From Candidatus Saccharimonadota bacterium (GTDB taxonomy: Bacteria > Patescibacteriota > Saccharimonadia > Saccharimonadales > Saccharimonadaceae): a stretch of DNA of 64,000 nucleotides. The notes beneath the pieces are model-generated. The model made no database searches. It was not told the DNA's origin and saw only the letters and a list, made by a program, of their open reading frames with translations. Shown here one piece after another: positions 41,917 through 53,044 of this stretch (its first letter is position 1; each line of letters opens with the position of its first letter). The stretch is from assembly GCA_905373795.1 (NCBI GenBank), contig CAJPUO010000002.1:92882-156881 (forward strand), given 5' to 3'. The translations under genes were made by a program, and so were the position numbers.

Positions 41917-43332
41917 ATGGCGCAAACATTTTTCTTCTATGACCTGGAAACTAGCGGGCTAAATCCGCGGCAAGACCGCATCATGCAGTTTGCTGGGCAG
42001 CGGACGGACATGAATCTCGAGCCGATTGGTGAGCCGTATAATTTGCTGGTGACGCTGAATGATGATACTTTGCCGAGTCCTGATGCTCTGATGGTAACTG
42101 GTATCACGCCGCAAAAAACGGTCGAGGAGGGCTACAGTGAGGCGCAGTTTGCCCGGATGTTGGGTGAGGAAATTTTCACGCCCGACACCATTGCAGTTGG
42201 TTTTAATAATATTCGATTTGACGACGAATTTATTCGCCATTTGTTGTGGCGCAATTTTCATGATCCGTACGAATGGAGCTGGAAAGACGGTCGCTCGCGT
42301 TGGGATTTGCTGGATGTGGTGCGATTGACGCGGGCACTCAGGCCGGAAGGAATCAATTGGCCGCTTGATGACAAGGGCGAGCCAAGCAACCGCCTGGAGT
42401 TGATCACCAGCGCCAATGGTATAGCCCACGAAAATGCTCATGACGCCTTGGCGGACGTAACAGCGCTGATTGCCGTGACGAAATTGATCAAGCAAAAGCA
42501 GCCGCAGCTATACGACTATTTACTGAAAATGCGTGACAAAAAAGTAGTCCAGCAGCTGGTCAATGTGGACGACAAAAAACCGTTTGTCTATGCCAGCGGG
42601 CGCTACGATAAGGAATTTGCCAAAACCACGGTGGCCTTTCCGCTGACGACTAGTCGAAACGGCGGCGTGGTTGTCTATGATCTGCGCTATGATCCGACAC
42701 CGTTTGTTGGGCTGAGTGTGGAGGAATTGTCGGCAAAGCTATTTGCTTCGTGGGAAGAGCGGCAGGCTGAGGATTTCGTCAAATTACCGGTCAAAGAATT
42801 ACAGTACAATCGTTGTCCGGCGGTGGCGCCGCTGGGTGTACTGGAGCAGGGCGACGGCTGGCAGAAGATTTCGCTTGATCTGAGGACGGTGCAAAAGCAC
42901 CAAAATATACTGCTGGACAACCCAGACTTTTCTGAAAAATTACGGACTATTTTTGAAAACAAGCCAGCCTTCAAAAAACTGCCCGATCCAGAAGCGCAAT
43001 TGTATGACGGCTTTTTGAACGACCGTGATCGTATCCGTGTCGAAGCGGTACGTAATGCTGATGAGCGTGAACTGGCCGATTTTCATCCAGAGTTTCAGGA
43101 CGAGCGGTTAACACCACTGCTGCTACACTACAAAGCGCGCAATTTTCCGCGCTCGCTCAGCGAAGATGATTTGGTACAGTGGGAAGCCTGGCGGAGTCAG
43201 CACTTGCAGGCGCAACTGTCGCAATTCATGGCGTCTCTACAGCGGCTAGCGTCGACGGCAACGGACGAGCAGCAGTTTATATTGCAAGAATTGCAGTTAT
43301 GGGCGGAGGCGGTATTGCCGAGCAGTGACTAA
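41917..43332 (+). CDS. sbcB: Exodeoxyribonuclease I
   Basis: FYDLETSG, GFNNIRFDDEF, SRWDLLD, AHDALADV. Confidence 0.93.
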   Translation: MAQTFFFYDLETSGLNPRQDRIMQFAGQRTDMNLEPIGEPYNLLVTLNDDTLPSPDALMVTGITPQKTVEEGYSEAQFARMLGEEIFTPDTIAVGFNNIRFDDEFIRHLLWRNFHDPYEWSWKDGRSRWDLLDVVRLTRALRPEGINWPLDDKGEPSNRLELITSANGIAHENAHDALADVTALIAVTKLIKQKQPQLYDYLLKMRDKKVVQQLVNVDDKKPFVYASGRYDKEFAKTTVAFPLTTSRNGGVVVYDLRYDPTPFVGLSVEELSAKLFASWEERQAEDFVKLPVKELQYNRCPAVAPLGVLEQGDGWQKISLDLRTVQKHQNILLDNPDFSEKLRTIFENKPAFKKLPDPEAQLYDGFLNDRDRIRVEAVRNADERELADFHPEFQDERLTPLLLHYKARNFPRSLSEDDLVQWEAWRSQHLQAQLSQFMASLQRLASTATDEQQFILQELQLWAEAVLPSSD

Positions 43333-43353
43333 CTCTTGAACTTTTTAGTTAAG

Positions 43354-43620
43354 TCAATCGTCTTTTGGCGGTAGCGGACGTTGTGCTGAGTTTTCAATAG
43401 CAATAAGTATATTCAGCGCTATAGCGCCATAAAATAGCAACATCAGCCAGTATGGAATTGACATACGTGTACCAGGTATAGCACCAGCTATTATAAAATT
43501 TACAATTACATCATAAAGCCCAAATTGTAATAGCATAACAATCAGTGCACTAATAATACATATCAGTAAAATACGCAACTTGAAACTAAGGCTTTTGAAA
43601 AATTCTACTATAACATTCAT
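43354..43620 (-). CDS. Small membrane protein
   Basis: Two hydrophobic segments; -10-like TATAGT just upstream. Confidence 0.6.
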   Translation of the reverse strand: MNVIVEFFKSLSFKLRILLICIISALIVMLLQFGLYDVIVNFIIAGAIPGTRMSIPYWLMLLFYGAIALNILIAIENSAQRPLPPKDD

Positions 43621-43650
43621 TTGACTACACTATAGCAAATGTACTATAGT

Positions 43651-43929
43651 ATGCGCAACGATAAGCAGAATGCGCTGCAGTTTGGATTAATGCAATCACT
43701 AGGTAGGCTTAAATATTTGACAAGCTATGGTATGCCGTTTGTGCATCTAAGTGCTTGCCTTGATTGGCTAGAAGAATATCCAAATGTCTCAGCGGCATAA
43801 CTGACTGGCATACTTATACAACGGCGACGTATGGATAAAATATATGAACGACGATTTACAGAGTCTGCTCATGAGGATTTTAAAGATGAACGAGTGGACA
43901 TACAGTTCACTGACTGGAAAAAGTTGTGA
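43651..43929 (+). pseudogene. Interrupted ORF remnant
   Basis: ATG 43651 to TGA 43929 with one internal TAA at 43798-43800. Confidence 0.35.
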
Positions 43930-43952
43930 AAAACAGGTATAATGTAGCGGTT

Positions 43953-46787
43953 ATGGTAGAGTTTATTCGCGTCAAGGGCGCCCGTGAACATAATCTGAAA
44001 AATATCGACGTGGAAATTCCGCGCGATAAATTAGTGGTGATCACTGGCCTGAGTGGCAGCGGTAAGTCGTCGCTGGCGTTTGATACGATTTACGCCGAGG
44101 GGCAGCGCCGCTATGTCGAGAGTCTGTCGAGTTATGCGCGGCAATTTTTGGGCATTATGGATAAGCCGGATGTTGATAGTATCGATGGGCTGAGTCCGGC
44201 AATTTCAATTGATCAGAAATCAACCAGCCGTAATCCGCGTTCAACGGTGGCGACGGTGACCGAGATTTATGATTATCTGCGTCTATTGTTCGCGCGGATT
44301 GGTACGCCGCATTGCCCAGCTCTCAAGCCAGACGGCACGCGCTGCCATAAGCCGGTGTCGCGCCGCACAGCCGAGGCGATTATCCAGGAGATTGCTAAGC
44401 AATATGATGGCAAGCGGTTGCTGCTACTTGCACCAATTGTCAAAAATAAGAAGGGCGAGTTTGCGCACATTCCAGAGCAGTATCGACGGTTAGGTTACGC
44501 CCGGGTGCGCGTGGATGGCGTGGTGTATGCGCTGGATGAGTTTCCGCAGTTACAGAAAAGCTATAAGCACAGTATTGAGTTAGTGGTTGATCGCCTGGCA
44601 ATGAACAATGACCTGACTAGCCGGTTGAGCCAGAGCGTCGAGCAGGCGCTAGAGCTTGGTCAGGGTGTGGTTGAGGTGCTGGATGCTGATACTGATGAAT
44701 TAAAGACATTCTCGCAGCGTTATGCCTGTGTTGACCATCCGGATGAGGAGATTCCAGAGCTTGAGCCGCGTCTATTTAGTTTTAATGCACCGCAAGGGGC
44801 CTGTCCGAGCTGTACTGGACTTGGCAGCCGGCTGGAGGTTGATCCTAATTTAGTGCTGAATGAGAATCTGACGATTGCCGAGGGTGCGATTCGGCCATAC
44901 AACCGGATCAATGTCGATAACTTTTACATGCGCAAGATTTCGGCGGTAGCCGAGGCGCATGGTTTCAGTATTCGGACGCCGGTTGGACAGTTGTCTGATG
45001 AGGCGCGCCAGAAGGTACTCTACGGTACGGGCGATCAGAAATATCCAGTACAGCTTGGTAATGGGCGGCATTATGACACAACCTATGAAGGAGTAATCCC
45101 GAATCTGGAGCGGCGTTGGAAAGAAACCGATAGCGAATTTATGCGCAAGGACATTGAGCGGTTTACGCGCCAGCGGGATTGTTATGTTTGCGGCGGTGCG
45201 CGGCTGAAGCCGGTTGTCCTGGCGGTAACGGTGCAGGGTCTAAATATCATGGATATTTGCGACCTTGGCGTTGATGATGCGCTCGACTTGTTCACTCACA
45301 AGTTAGCATTGAACGAGCAACAAGCGATGATAGCGCGACTTATTTTGAAAGAGATTACGGCACGGCTCGGGTTTATGAGTAATGTTGGTTTGAATTACTT
45401 AGAGTTAGGGCGCGCCGCCAATACGTTGAGCGGCGGCGAGGCGCAGCGAATTCGGCTGGCAACGCAGATTGGTAGCGGTTTGCAGGGTGTGCTGTATGTG
45501 CTGGATGAGCCATCAATTGGCTTGCATCAGCGCGATAATGATCGGCTGATTGCTACACTGAAGCGTCTGCGCGACCTCGGTAATACGGTGCTGGTGGTCG
45601 AACACGACGAGGATACTATTCGGCAGAGCAACTTTTTGATTGACATGGGACCAGGCGCTGGCGTTCATGGCGGCGCGGTGGTGGCGCTGGGTGCGCCAAA
45701 TGAGGTGGCAAAATGTGCAGATAGTATCACCGGGCGGTATCTATCAGGCGTAGAAAAAATTGCCGTACCAAAACACCGCCGCCAGGTTGATGCCAGCCGT
45801 CAACTAATCGTCCGCGGGGCTCGTGAGAATAATTTGAAACAAATTGATGTGGCATTTCCGTTGGGTCTGATGACGGTAGTGTCGGGTGTCTCAGGTAGCG
45901 GTAAATCAACTCTAGTTAATGATATTGTCGCCAAAGAATTAGCGGCACGGCTTAATCGGGCCAGCGATGTGCCAGGGGCACACGATAAAATTGAGGGTAT
46001 CAAGCAGCTGGATAAAGCCATCGTCATCGACCAGTCGCCAATTGGCCGCACGCCGCGCTCTAACCCAGCGACCTACACTGGTATTTTTACGCCAATTCGC
46101 GAACTGTTTGCCAGTACCCCTGAGGCTAATGTCCGCGGCTATAAAGCGGGGCGGTTCAGTTTTAACGTCAAGGGCGGCCGCTGCGAAAATTGTCAAGGCG
46201 ACGGTATGATAAAGATCGAAATGCATTTCTTGCCGGATGTCTACGTCCAGTGCGACGAGTGTCATGGCCAGCGCTATAACCGTGAGGCGCTAGAGATTAA
46301 GTATAAAAATAAGACGATTGCTGACGTACTGAACATGACAGTTGAGCAGGCGGCAGACTTCTTTGATAGCGTACCAAATATCGCTCGGAAACTACAAACG
46401 CTGGTGGAAGTTGGTCTTGGCTATATCAAGCTTGGTCAGCCGGCAACCACCTTTTCGGGCGGCGAGGCGCAGCGGATAAAACTGGCGACGGAACTGTCCA
46501 AGCGCTCGACGGGCAAGACAATGTATATTTTAGACGAGCCGACAACTGGGCTACATTCTGCCGATGTTAAGCGGCTGCTGGGGATTTTGCAGCAGCTGGT
46601 TGACGGCGGCAACAGTATGATCATCATTGAGCACAATCTGGATGTGATTAAATCGGCCGACTGGATTATCGATATGGGGCCCGAGGGCGGTCTCGGCGGC
46701 GGTACGGTAGTAGCGAGCGGTACGCCAGAAGAAGTCGCCAACGTATCGGCCTCTTTTACTGGCAAGTATTTGAAGAATTTACTATAA
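43953..46787 (+). CDS. uvrA: Excinuclease ABC subunit A
   Basis: GAREHNLKN, two Walker A motifs ([16 protein letters not shown]), LSGGEAQRI, zinc fingers. Confidence 0.98.
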   Translation: MVEFIRVKGAREHNLKNIDVEIPRDKLVVITGLSGSGKSSLAFDTIYAEGQRRYVESLSSYARQFLGIMDKPDVDSIDGLSPAISIDQKSTSRNPRSTVATVTEIYDYLRLLFARIGTPHCPALKPDGTRCHKPVSRRTAEAIIQEIAKQYDGKRLLLLAPIVKNKKGEFAHIPEQYRRLGYARVRVDGVVYALDEFPQLQKSYKHSIELVVDRLAMNNDLTSRLSQSVEQALELGQGVVEVLDADTDELKTFSQRYACVDHPDEEIPELEPRLFSFNAPQGACPSCTGLGSRLEVDPNLVLNENLTIAEGAIRPYNRINVDNFYMRKISAVAEAHGFSIRTPVGQLSDEARQKVLYGTGDQKYPVQLGNGRHYDTTYEGVIPNLERRWKETDSEFMRKDIERFTRQRDCYVCGGARLKPVVLAVTVQGLNIMDICDLGVDDALDLFTHKLALNEQQAMIARLILKEITARLGFMSNVGLNYLELGRAANTLSGGEAQRIRLATQIGSGLQGVLYVLDEPSIGLHQRDNDRLIATLKRLRDLGNTVLVVEHDEDTIRQSNFLIDMGPGAGVHGGAVVALGAPNEVAKCADSITGRYLSGVEKIAVPKHRRQVDASRQLIVRGARENNLKQIDVAFPLGLMTVVSGVSGSGKSTLVNDIVAKELAARLNRASDVPGAHDKIEGIKQLDKAIVIDQSPIGRTPRSNPATYTGIFTPIRELFASTPEANVRGYKAGRFSFNVKGGRCENCQGDGMIKIEMHFLPDVYVQCDECHGQRYNREALEIKYKNKTIADVLNMTVEQAADFFDSVPNIARKLQTLVEVGLGYIKLGQPATTFSGGEAQRIKLATELSKRSTGKTMYILDEPTTGLHSADVKRLLGILQQLVDGGNSMIIIEHNLDVIKSADWIIDMGPEGGLGGGTVVASGTPEEVANVSASFTGKYLKNLL

Positions 46788-46887
46788 AAAGACGATTGAG
46801 CGATTTCTAAAATTAGTTTGACAGGAAAAGGTGCAGTATACGATGTCTAATTGAAACCAAGTAAATTAGTGCAACAATGTTTGGATT

Positions 46888-47544
46888 TTATTTCTTCCGG
46901 TGGCGGGTAGTTTTTGATAATAAAACCAAGATCTGCTTTTTTAGTGTTGCGCGGAACGAGGGCTTTTTTAGAGCGTGGATGATCATCGGTGAGACAGACA
47001 GGAATATGATAATAAGTGCGGCAGCTTCAATGTTTATACCAGCCTTGGTTAAGAACTCTCCGGCATAAAACCCTAGATAAATAAACAGCGACGACCATAA
47101 GAACCCGCCGATTAAGTTAAAAATTAAAAAGGTTTTATAGTGCATTTTTCCAGCACCAGCAACGATTGGCGCAAATGTGCGGACGATTGGCGCGAACCTG
47201 GCCAAAACAATTGTTACTGAGCCGTGTTTGTCATAAAATTCTTCGGTTTGTTCCAAATATTTTTTCTTAAAAAATCGAGAATTTTCTTTTTCAAACAGTT
47301 TACGTCCAACTTTATGTCCAAAACTGTAGCCGACGCTATCTCCGAGTACTGCTGCTATAAAAACTAAGATTGCGAAAACATGAATATCAATATGCAGAAT
47401 GTTCTGTTGAACCATATACCCAGACGTGAACAACAAGCTATCCCCGGGAAGGACGAACCCTATAAGCAGACCCGACTCTGCGAACACTACTAATAAAATT
47501 GCTAATATGCCGAAGCTAGTAATTAAATGAACGAAGGATTCCAT
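46888..47544 (-). CDS. DedA family membrane protein
   Basis: FAESGLLIGFVLPGDSLLF, ARFAPIVRTFAP. Confidence 0.93.
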   Translation of the reverse strand: MESFVHLITSFGILAILLVVFAESGLLIGFVLPGDSLLFTSGYMVQQNILHIDIHVFAILVFIAAVLGDSVGYSFGHKVGRKLFEKENSRFFKKKYLEQTEEFYDKHGSVTIVLARFAPIVRTFAPIVAGAGKMHYKTFLIFNLIGGFLWSSLFIYLGFYAGEFLTKAGINIEAAALIIIFLSVSPMIIHALKKPSFRATLKKQILVLLSKTTRHRKK

Positions 47545-47648
47545 AACTATGTATTATAGCATACAGTAACTGCTTATGGCTTATGCATTTTGGTATAATA
47601 GAATAGTAATATAAATTTACCTCCGAACAGGTACCCGAAAGGAGAAGT

Positions 47649-48359
47649 ATGGGAGAAAAAATTACACTAAATATTCAGCCTCGCCAGATTCATGGTAAGA
47701 AAGTAGCCAGGCTGCGGCGCGAAGGATTGGTGCCGGGAGTAGTCTACGGTGCTGGGGTAAAAGCGCACAATATTCAAGCAGCTGCTGGTGAAGTTGATAA
47801 AGTTGTTGCGGCAGCAGGCAAGCATACTCCAGTACAGCTGGCTGGCAAAAAACGGCAAATTGCCATGATAAAGAGTGTTGATATACATCCAGTAAAGCGT
47901 ACTATTCGTCATGTTGCCTTTCACGCAGTCCGGGCTGATCAGCCAGTGATTGCCGAAGTGCCGATTCGTCTGAGCGGTACAGGAGAATCTGAGGCGGAGC
48001 GTGCCGGCTTGGTGGTATTGCAAGCACTTGAGAAGATTAAGGTCAAGGCCTTGCCGATGGATCTGCCAGAAGCATTGGAGGCGCCGACGGATGGTCTTGT
48101 TAAAGAGGGCGACCGCGTGACCGTGGGCGATATTGTTTTACCAGATGGTGTTGAGCTGGTTGATAACGACGACGGCCGCGAAGGCACGGCTGACGACGAC
48201 ATTACGGTCAAGGACTTGGTTGTGGCAAACGTCTATGAGCCGAGCGCTCTAGCAGCTGCCAATGATGCGGCGGCCGGCGAAGCTGAGTCCGCTGACGCCG
48301 AGCAAGTAGAAGTTACGGGAGAAGCTGAAAAGACTGAAAAGACTGAAGCGTCGGAATAG
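47649..48359 (+). CDS. rplY: 50S ribosomal protein L25/CTC
   Basis: RLRREGLVPGVVYG, HPVKRTIRHVAF, TL5 C-domain, acidic tail; SD AAGGAG. Confidence 0.93.
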   Translation: MGEKITLNIQPRQIHGKKVARLRREGLVPGVVYGAGVKAHNIQAAAGEVDKVVAAAGKHTPVQLAGKKRQIAMIKSVDIHPVKRTIRHVAFHAVRADQPVIAEVPIRLSGTGESEAERAGLVVLQALEKIKVKALPMDLPEALEAPTDGLVKEGDRVTVGDIVLPDGVELVDNDDGREGTADDDITVKDLVVANVYEPSALAAANDAAAGEAESADAEQVEVTGEAEKTEKTEASE

Positions 48360-48377
48360 TCTGGTCTTAGGTTATCA

Positions 48378-48408
48378 AAAAACACCGTCATGATTTGGCG
48401 GTGTTTTT
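48378..48408. terminator. Bidirectional terminator
   Basis: aaaaacaccgtca-tgatt-tggcggtgttttt between convergent genes. Confidence 0.8.
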
Positions 48409-48436
48409 CTGTTGCTATAGTTGGAAATGCTAGAAA

Positions 48437-50209
48437 TTACTCCTCGATGAATCCGCCTGATTGCCGCGCCCACAACTTAGCGTAAACGCCGCGTTTTTTG
48501 GCAAGCAATTGATCGTGAGAACCGTCTTCGACGATGCGTCCGTTTTCCAGGACGATGATACGATCAAGCTTGGCGATGGTCGATAAACGGTGGGCGATGA
48601 CAATTGACGTTCGGTTCTTCATCAATGTTTCCAGCGACTTTTGGATTAGCGCTTCTGATTCTGAGTCTAATGCCGATGTTGCCTCGTCAAGGACTAAAAT
48701 TGGCGCATCTTTCAAAATCGCCCTGGCAATAGCGATACGCTGCCGCTGTCCGCCCGAAAGTTTGACGCCGCGTTCGCCGACTAGCGTGTCAAAACCGTCT
48801 TGCAGTTTGACGATGAAGTCGTAAGCACCAGCCTTCTTGGCGGCTTTCTCAATTTCAGTATTAGTGGCGTCGGGTCGGCTGTAGGCAATATTTTCGCGGA
48901 CGGAGCGGTGAAATAGCAGCGGCTCTTGCGGCACATAGGCGATTTGCTGGCGCAGGCTTGCCTGGGTAACTTCGGCAATATCTTGCGAGTCGATTGTGAT
49001 CTTGCCCGAGTCAATATCGGCAAACCTTAGCAATAATTTGGTGAGGGTAGTTTTGCCAGACCCGCTTGATCCGACTAAGCCAATTTTTTCACCTGGCTGA
49101 ATATTGAGCGAGAAATCATGAAACAAGGTATCGCCTTGACCTTCGTCGTGAGTAAAGGTTACCTGATCCATGGTAATGCCGCCACGTGTAACGGTAAGTT
49201 TCGCATTACTTCGATCAACTAGAGTCGTTGGTGTTTTAAGGATTTCTACCATCTCGTGAGCATCGCCAATAACGCGATTGTAACTGCGCATGATGCTGTT
49301 CATGTTCCACAGTTCGCGTGCCACGCTGCCCGTGTACGTTATGATTAAATAAACCGATGCTACTGATACTAGATTGTGCTGGGCGGCGTATATTGCAAAA
49401 GCAATTGCGCCAATTCTGATAATTGTGTTGATACTAGAGTAAACGGTGCTAACTTTCAAGAAGCCGCGCATTGTACCCAAGCTGGCTTTGCACCATGAAC
49501 CGACCGTTTTTGAAAAGCGGTTTTGTTCTAGCGATTCAGCGCCAGACGATTTAACCGCCAGAATGTTTGAAACCATGTCGGCTAATTGGCCGCTAACTTT
49601 ATTGCTGGCTTTAGCTTCTTTTTCGCTCAATTTAGCCATTGGCCTAGAACCAAAATAGACAGCAATGCTAAAAATAATTGAAAAGATAAACAGGAATAAA
49701 GCATACTGCCAAATTAATGTCGATAAAATAATTATTGATCCAATTAAAGATATAGCTAACGGCAAGATCGACCAGAAAATTGTATCCCAAAAGCGCTCAA
49801 CAGCGCCGTTTAGCTTATTGGTTTGGCTGACGAGCGAGCCGCCAAATTTATTAGCATGGAAAAACATTGTTTGATTAGTTAACTTATTGAAGCAGCGCGA
49901 ATATAAATCGCGTTGTAGCGCAGTCTCGAACGTCCAAGTGAGATACAACACCAAGCGCCAGCCAATCACCATCGAACACAACTGGCTAATACCGTATAGG
50001 ATAATTAGCGTCCATAAATTATTGGCAGTTTGTAGCTGGTTGTGCTGGATAATATTAAGCAGCTCTGCGATAACAAGCGGGCCGACAAAAATAGAAATAA
50101 CAATCGTAGTAATTATAAAAAATATTGCCAGATTCCTGCGACGCCTGTAGGGCACAGATATTTGCCAGAATAAGCGTAAAATTTCTTTATCGTTAATTTT
50201 ATTTTTCAA
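48437..50209 (-). CDS. ABC exporter, fused permease/ATPase
   Basis: TM domain; GSSGSGKTT, LSGGQRQR, LDEATSALD. Confidence 0.93.
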   Translation of the reverse strand: MKNKINDKEILRLFWQISVPYRRRRNLAIFFIITTIVISIFVGPLVIAELLNIIQHNQLQTANNLWTLIILYGISQLCSMVIGWRLVLYLTWTFETALQRDLYSRCFNKLTNQTMFFHANKFGGSLVSQTNKLNGAVERFWDTIFWSILPLAISLIGSIIILSTLIWQYALFLFIFSIIFSIAVYFGSRPMAKLSEKEAKASNKVSGQLADMVSNILAVKSSGAESLEQNRFSKTVGSWCKASLGTMRGFLKVSTVYSSINTIIRIGAIAFAIYAAQHNLVSVASVYLIITYTGSVARELWNMNSIMRSYNRVIGDAHEMVEILKTPTTLVDRSNAKLTVTRGGITMDQVTFTHDEGQGDTLFHDFSLNIQPGEKIGLVGSSGSGKTTLTKLLLRFADIDSGKITIDSQDIAEVTQASLRQQIAYVPQEPLLFHRSVRENIAYSRPDATNTEIEKAAKKAGAYDFIVKLQDGFDTLVGERGVKLSGGQRQRIAIARAILKDAPILVLDEATSALDSESEALIQKSLETLMKNRTSIVIAHRLSTIAKLDRIIVLENGRIVEDGSHDQLLAKKRGVYAKLWARQSGGFIEE

Positions 50210-50714
50210 GATAACTCCTTTCGTCGGTAAAATATTTTTTTGCTAATTTAACCATTCGCTCGCCGATTTCACCATATTTTATTAGCGAATTGACCTGACT
50301 TAAATCAACCAAGGTATTTTTAATAACTCCACCGCCTGGATCATTAACAAACTCGTCGATTTTTTCCAATTTGGCATATACGCGAAATTGGAAAATTTGC
50401 TTACCATCAGGTTCGGTTAAGTGCTGATATCCAAGCGGTTGCCATTCAATCACGCGCATATTGCATTCTTCAATCATCTCGCGAGCAATAGTCTGTTCAA
50501 TTGTCTCGCCTGGCTCGGTGCGTCCGCCTGGTAAATTAAATTCTTTTTCGCATGTTAAGCTGGTGATGAGCGGTACTCGACCATCCAAGTCGCCTATCGC
50601 ATAAACTTGTTGCCATGGTAAATTGGGGATCCTGTTTTTAGCGGTTACTGTGTACCAATTTGCCAGTATTTTCTGTCCGTTATAAATGAATGATGATTCT
50701 ATTTCTGGTTTCAT
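50199..50714 (-). CDS. NUDIX hydrolase
   Basis: Nudix box GGRTEPGETIEQTIAREMIEEC. Confidence 0.88.
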   Translation of the reverse strand: MKPEIESSFIYNGQKILANWYTVTAKNRIPNLPWQQVYAIGDLDGRVPLITSLTCEKEFNLPGGRTEPGETIEQTIAREMIEECNMRVIEWQPLGYQHLTEPDGKQIFQFRVYAKLEKIDEFVNDPGGGVIKNTLVDLSQVNSLIKYGEIGERMVKLAKKYFTDERSYLEK

Positions 50715-50906
50715 GGCTTTCCTTATATTAAGTTTTTAATTGCGAATTAGTACCTCTTTGCCGTTTGAATATTAACATAGGACTCGCTGTAGATTCTTGT
50801 ATGAGCAAACGTATAGGGCTACTAATTATAAAGTATAATTGTAATTAATGTCAAATGCTATAATAATAAAAAACTAGGTAAGCATATCACAATTTAAAAT
50901 AATAGG

Positions 50907-50941
50907 TTGCATTACTATTGTAAATCATTTACAATAGTAAT
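50907..50941 (+). promoter_or_regulatory. fur promoter overlapped by a perfect 15-1-15 palindrome (probable autoregulatory operator)
   Basis: TTGCAT-17-TACAAT; ATTACTATTGTAAAT-C-ATTTACAATAGTAAT at 50911-50941. Confidence 0.8.
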
Positions 50942-51352
50942 ATGAAGCAAGCGACTAGTCGGAGAATTACGAAATACACAGGCGATGTACTGTCGATTAT
51001 ATGCCAGCTGCAGCACGCTACTAATGCTGAAATTGCTGGTCGGCTGAGAGAATCGTATCCGGACATTAGCGACACTACAGTCCATCGTATTACGCAGCGC
51101 TTATATAATGACGGCGCAATTGGACTGGCGCCTTCCTCGAGCCAGGGCTGTTTGCGGTACGACTTTTCACCGGAATCACACGATCATTTTATATGCAGCG
51201 AGTGCGATAGTTTACAGGATATCAAAGTTCCTGATTCAGTGCGTTGCCAGATCGAGCGCCAGCTCGATGGCTGCTGTTTCGACGGTCCTTTAGTCATTAC
51301 TGGAGTATGTCAACAATGTAAAAATAGAAGGAGGAATTATGGCATTAATTAG
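50942..51352 (+). CDS. Fur/PerR family transcriptional regulator
   Basis: HATNAEI, ISDTTVHR, HDHFICSEC and GVCQQC. Confidence 0.88.
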   Translation: MKQATSRRITKYTGDVLSIICQLQHATNAEIAGRLRESYPDISDTTVHRITQRLYNDGAIGLAPSSSQGCLRYDFSPESHDHFICSECDSLQDIKVPDSVRCQIERQLDGCCFDGPLVITGVCQQCKNRRRNYGIN

Positions 51353-51677
51353 TATTACAACTAAGCAAGAGTTTGAAGAAAAAGTACTAAAAAGCAAGCG
51401 TCCGGTCTTGGTCGATTTTTGGGCGCCATGGTGTCCGCCATGCCGAGCGATGGCGCCGATATTGCAGCAGATCGCTGACGAGACAGACTTTGATGTTGTT
51501 AAAATTGACATTGATGCCAGCAATGATAATAAAGAACTGGCTATACATTACCGCGTGCAGGGCATCCCAAATATGAAGATTTTTGTTGCTGGCGAGGAAG
51601 TTGCCGAGCTGATCGGTATGAAATCAAAACAGACACTAATTGATGCGTTAGAAGGGGCTAGTAAATTAGAGAATTAG
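51339..51677 (+). CDS. trxA: Thioredoxin
   Basis: VLVDFWAPWCPPC; SD AGGAGG. Confidence 0.9.
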   Translation: MALISITTKQEFEEKVLKSKRPVLVDFWAPWCPPCRAMAPILQQIADETDFDVVKIDIDASNDNKELAIHYRVQGIPNMKIFVAGEEVAELIGMKSKQTLIDALEGASKLEN

Positions 51678-51718
51678 TGTATTGCACATTAATATTAACG
51701 CCAAGTATAATATAGTTT

Positions 51719-53011
51719 ATGAAGTGTACTGATAATAGCCTGGCTTATTATTGTCTATTGGCTATAATGTCAGGCAGCGTACTGGCGGCTACTGCTTTTG
51801 CGCCCCATTGGATATTGCAGTTACCGGCTATATTAGCTACAGCACCAATATTTTGGCTGCTGCGAAATGTGTCCGTAAAGTATACATATGCGGTAGGCGT
51901 GTGTTTTACGCTCGCTTGGCTGATACCGACGACATATTGGTATTATACTTTCATGCTGCCTGGCGTTGCGTTTGCGGCAAGCGTCGGATGGGCGGCATTG
52001 GTCTCTAATCTATTTTGGCTTGTTGGCTTGAGGAAAAAAATTGGAACACTGGCGGTCTGGATATTATTCACTCTTTTTTGGCTGATATTAACGTGGCTTC
52101 GGCTGCGATTGCCGATTACTGAGGATTGGTGGCTGCCGCATTTAGGCTATAGCATTTGGCACAACAGCGGTGTCGTTTGGCTTGGTAAATTCGGCGGCGA
52201 GATAGTAATGGAGCTGGCGCTATTGCTTAGCGGTATGATTATTGCTGGTGTATTTGTTTGCTGCGGTTGGCGTAAGATGTTGGTAGCTAGTGTGTTAATT
52301 GTTGTGGCGTTTGTTGGGTTGAATAATATAGTTTGGAATATGCCTGCAAAACCAATTCATCCTGTCGTCGCTATACAAAAGATGACTCGCGGCGGTATAG
52401 ATATGCCAGCAACTAAGCAAGATATAGAGGACCTGATAGCTATGACAAAGCAGGCGGCAAGCAGCCGTCGCAATGTACCTACAACGATCGTATGGCCAGA
52501 GAACTCAGTTCCTAAATCTTCTTATAATCGCGTAGCAGAATTTGCGGCGCAAATGCGTAGCTTAATTATATATCATACAACAGAGAGTGTTGGTAAAAAG
52601 GTATATAAAAAAGTTGTTGCTATTGACGGTACAACAGGCAAAATTATTCTTACTAATTATAAACAACACTTAGCGCCGGATGAGAGAACTGGCTTGCCGC
52701 GAATGTCGCGGAATATAAGTGCATTTTATAACCGGCATATAACCGCCTATATATGTTATGATTTGCACTATCCAGATATCGTTGAACGATTGCGTGGTAG
52801 CGATATTGCATATGTAACTCTCAATGACGCAGCGTATGGTTATTTACAGAAGCAGTTTCATGCAGCAGATATTGCTTTGCGCGCCGTTCAGGCATCTACG
52901 TCTATTGTTGTCGCTGGGACTAATGGTCCAACTATGATTGTCAATAGTAATGGGGCTATTCTCAGATCATTGCACAGTGTTAATGCTGGGTATATCCAGG
53001 GCGGCTATTAA
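51719..53011 (+). CDS. Apolipoprotein N-acyltransferase-like protein (membrane + CN-hydrolase domain)
   Basis: Multiple TMs; E-K-C triad motifs IVWPEN, YKQHLAP, ICYD. Confidence 0.75.
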   Translation: MKCTDNSLAYYCLLAIMSGSVLAATAFAPHWILQLPAILATAPIFWLLRNVSVKYTYAVGVCFTLAWLIPTTYWYYTFMLPGVAFAASVGWAALVSNLFWLVGLRKKIGTLAVWILFTLFWLILTWLRLRLPITEDWWLPHLGYSIWHNSGVVWLGKFGGEIVMELALLLSGMIIAGVFVCCGWRKMLVASVLIVVAFVGLNNIVWNMPAKPIHPVVAIQKMTRGGIDMPATKQDIEDLIAMTKQAASSRRNVPTTIVWPENSVPKSSYNRVAEFAAQMRSLIIYHTTESVGKKVYKKVVAIDGTTGKIILTNYKQHLAPDERTGLPRMSRNISAFYNRHITAYICYDLHYPDIVERLRGSDIAYVTLNDAAYGYLQKQFHAADIALRAVQASTSIVVAGTNGPTMIVNSNGAILRSLHSVNAGYIQGGY

Positions 53012-53044
53012 TACAAAAGGAAATGTTAATCATATATACTTGAT

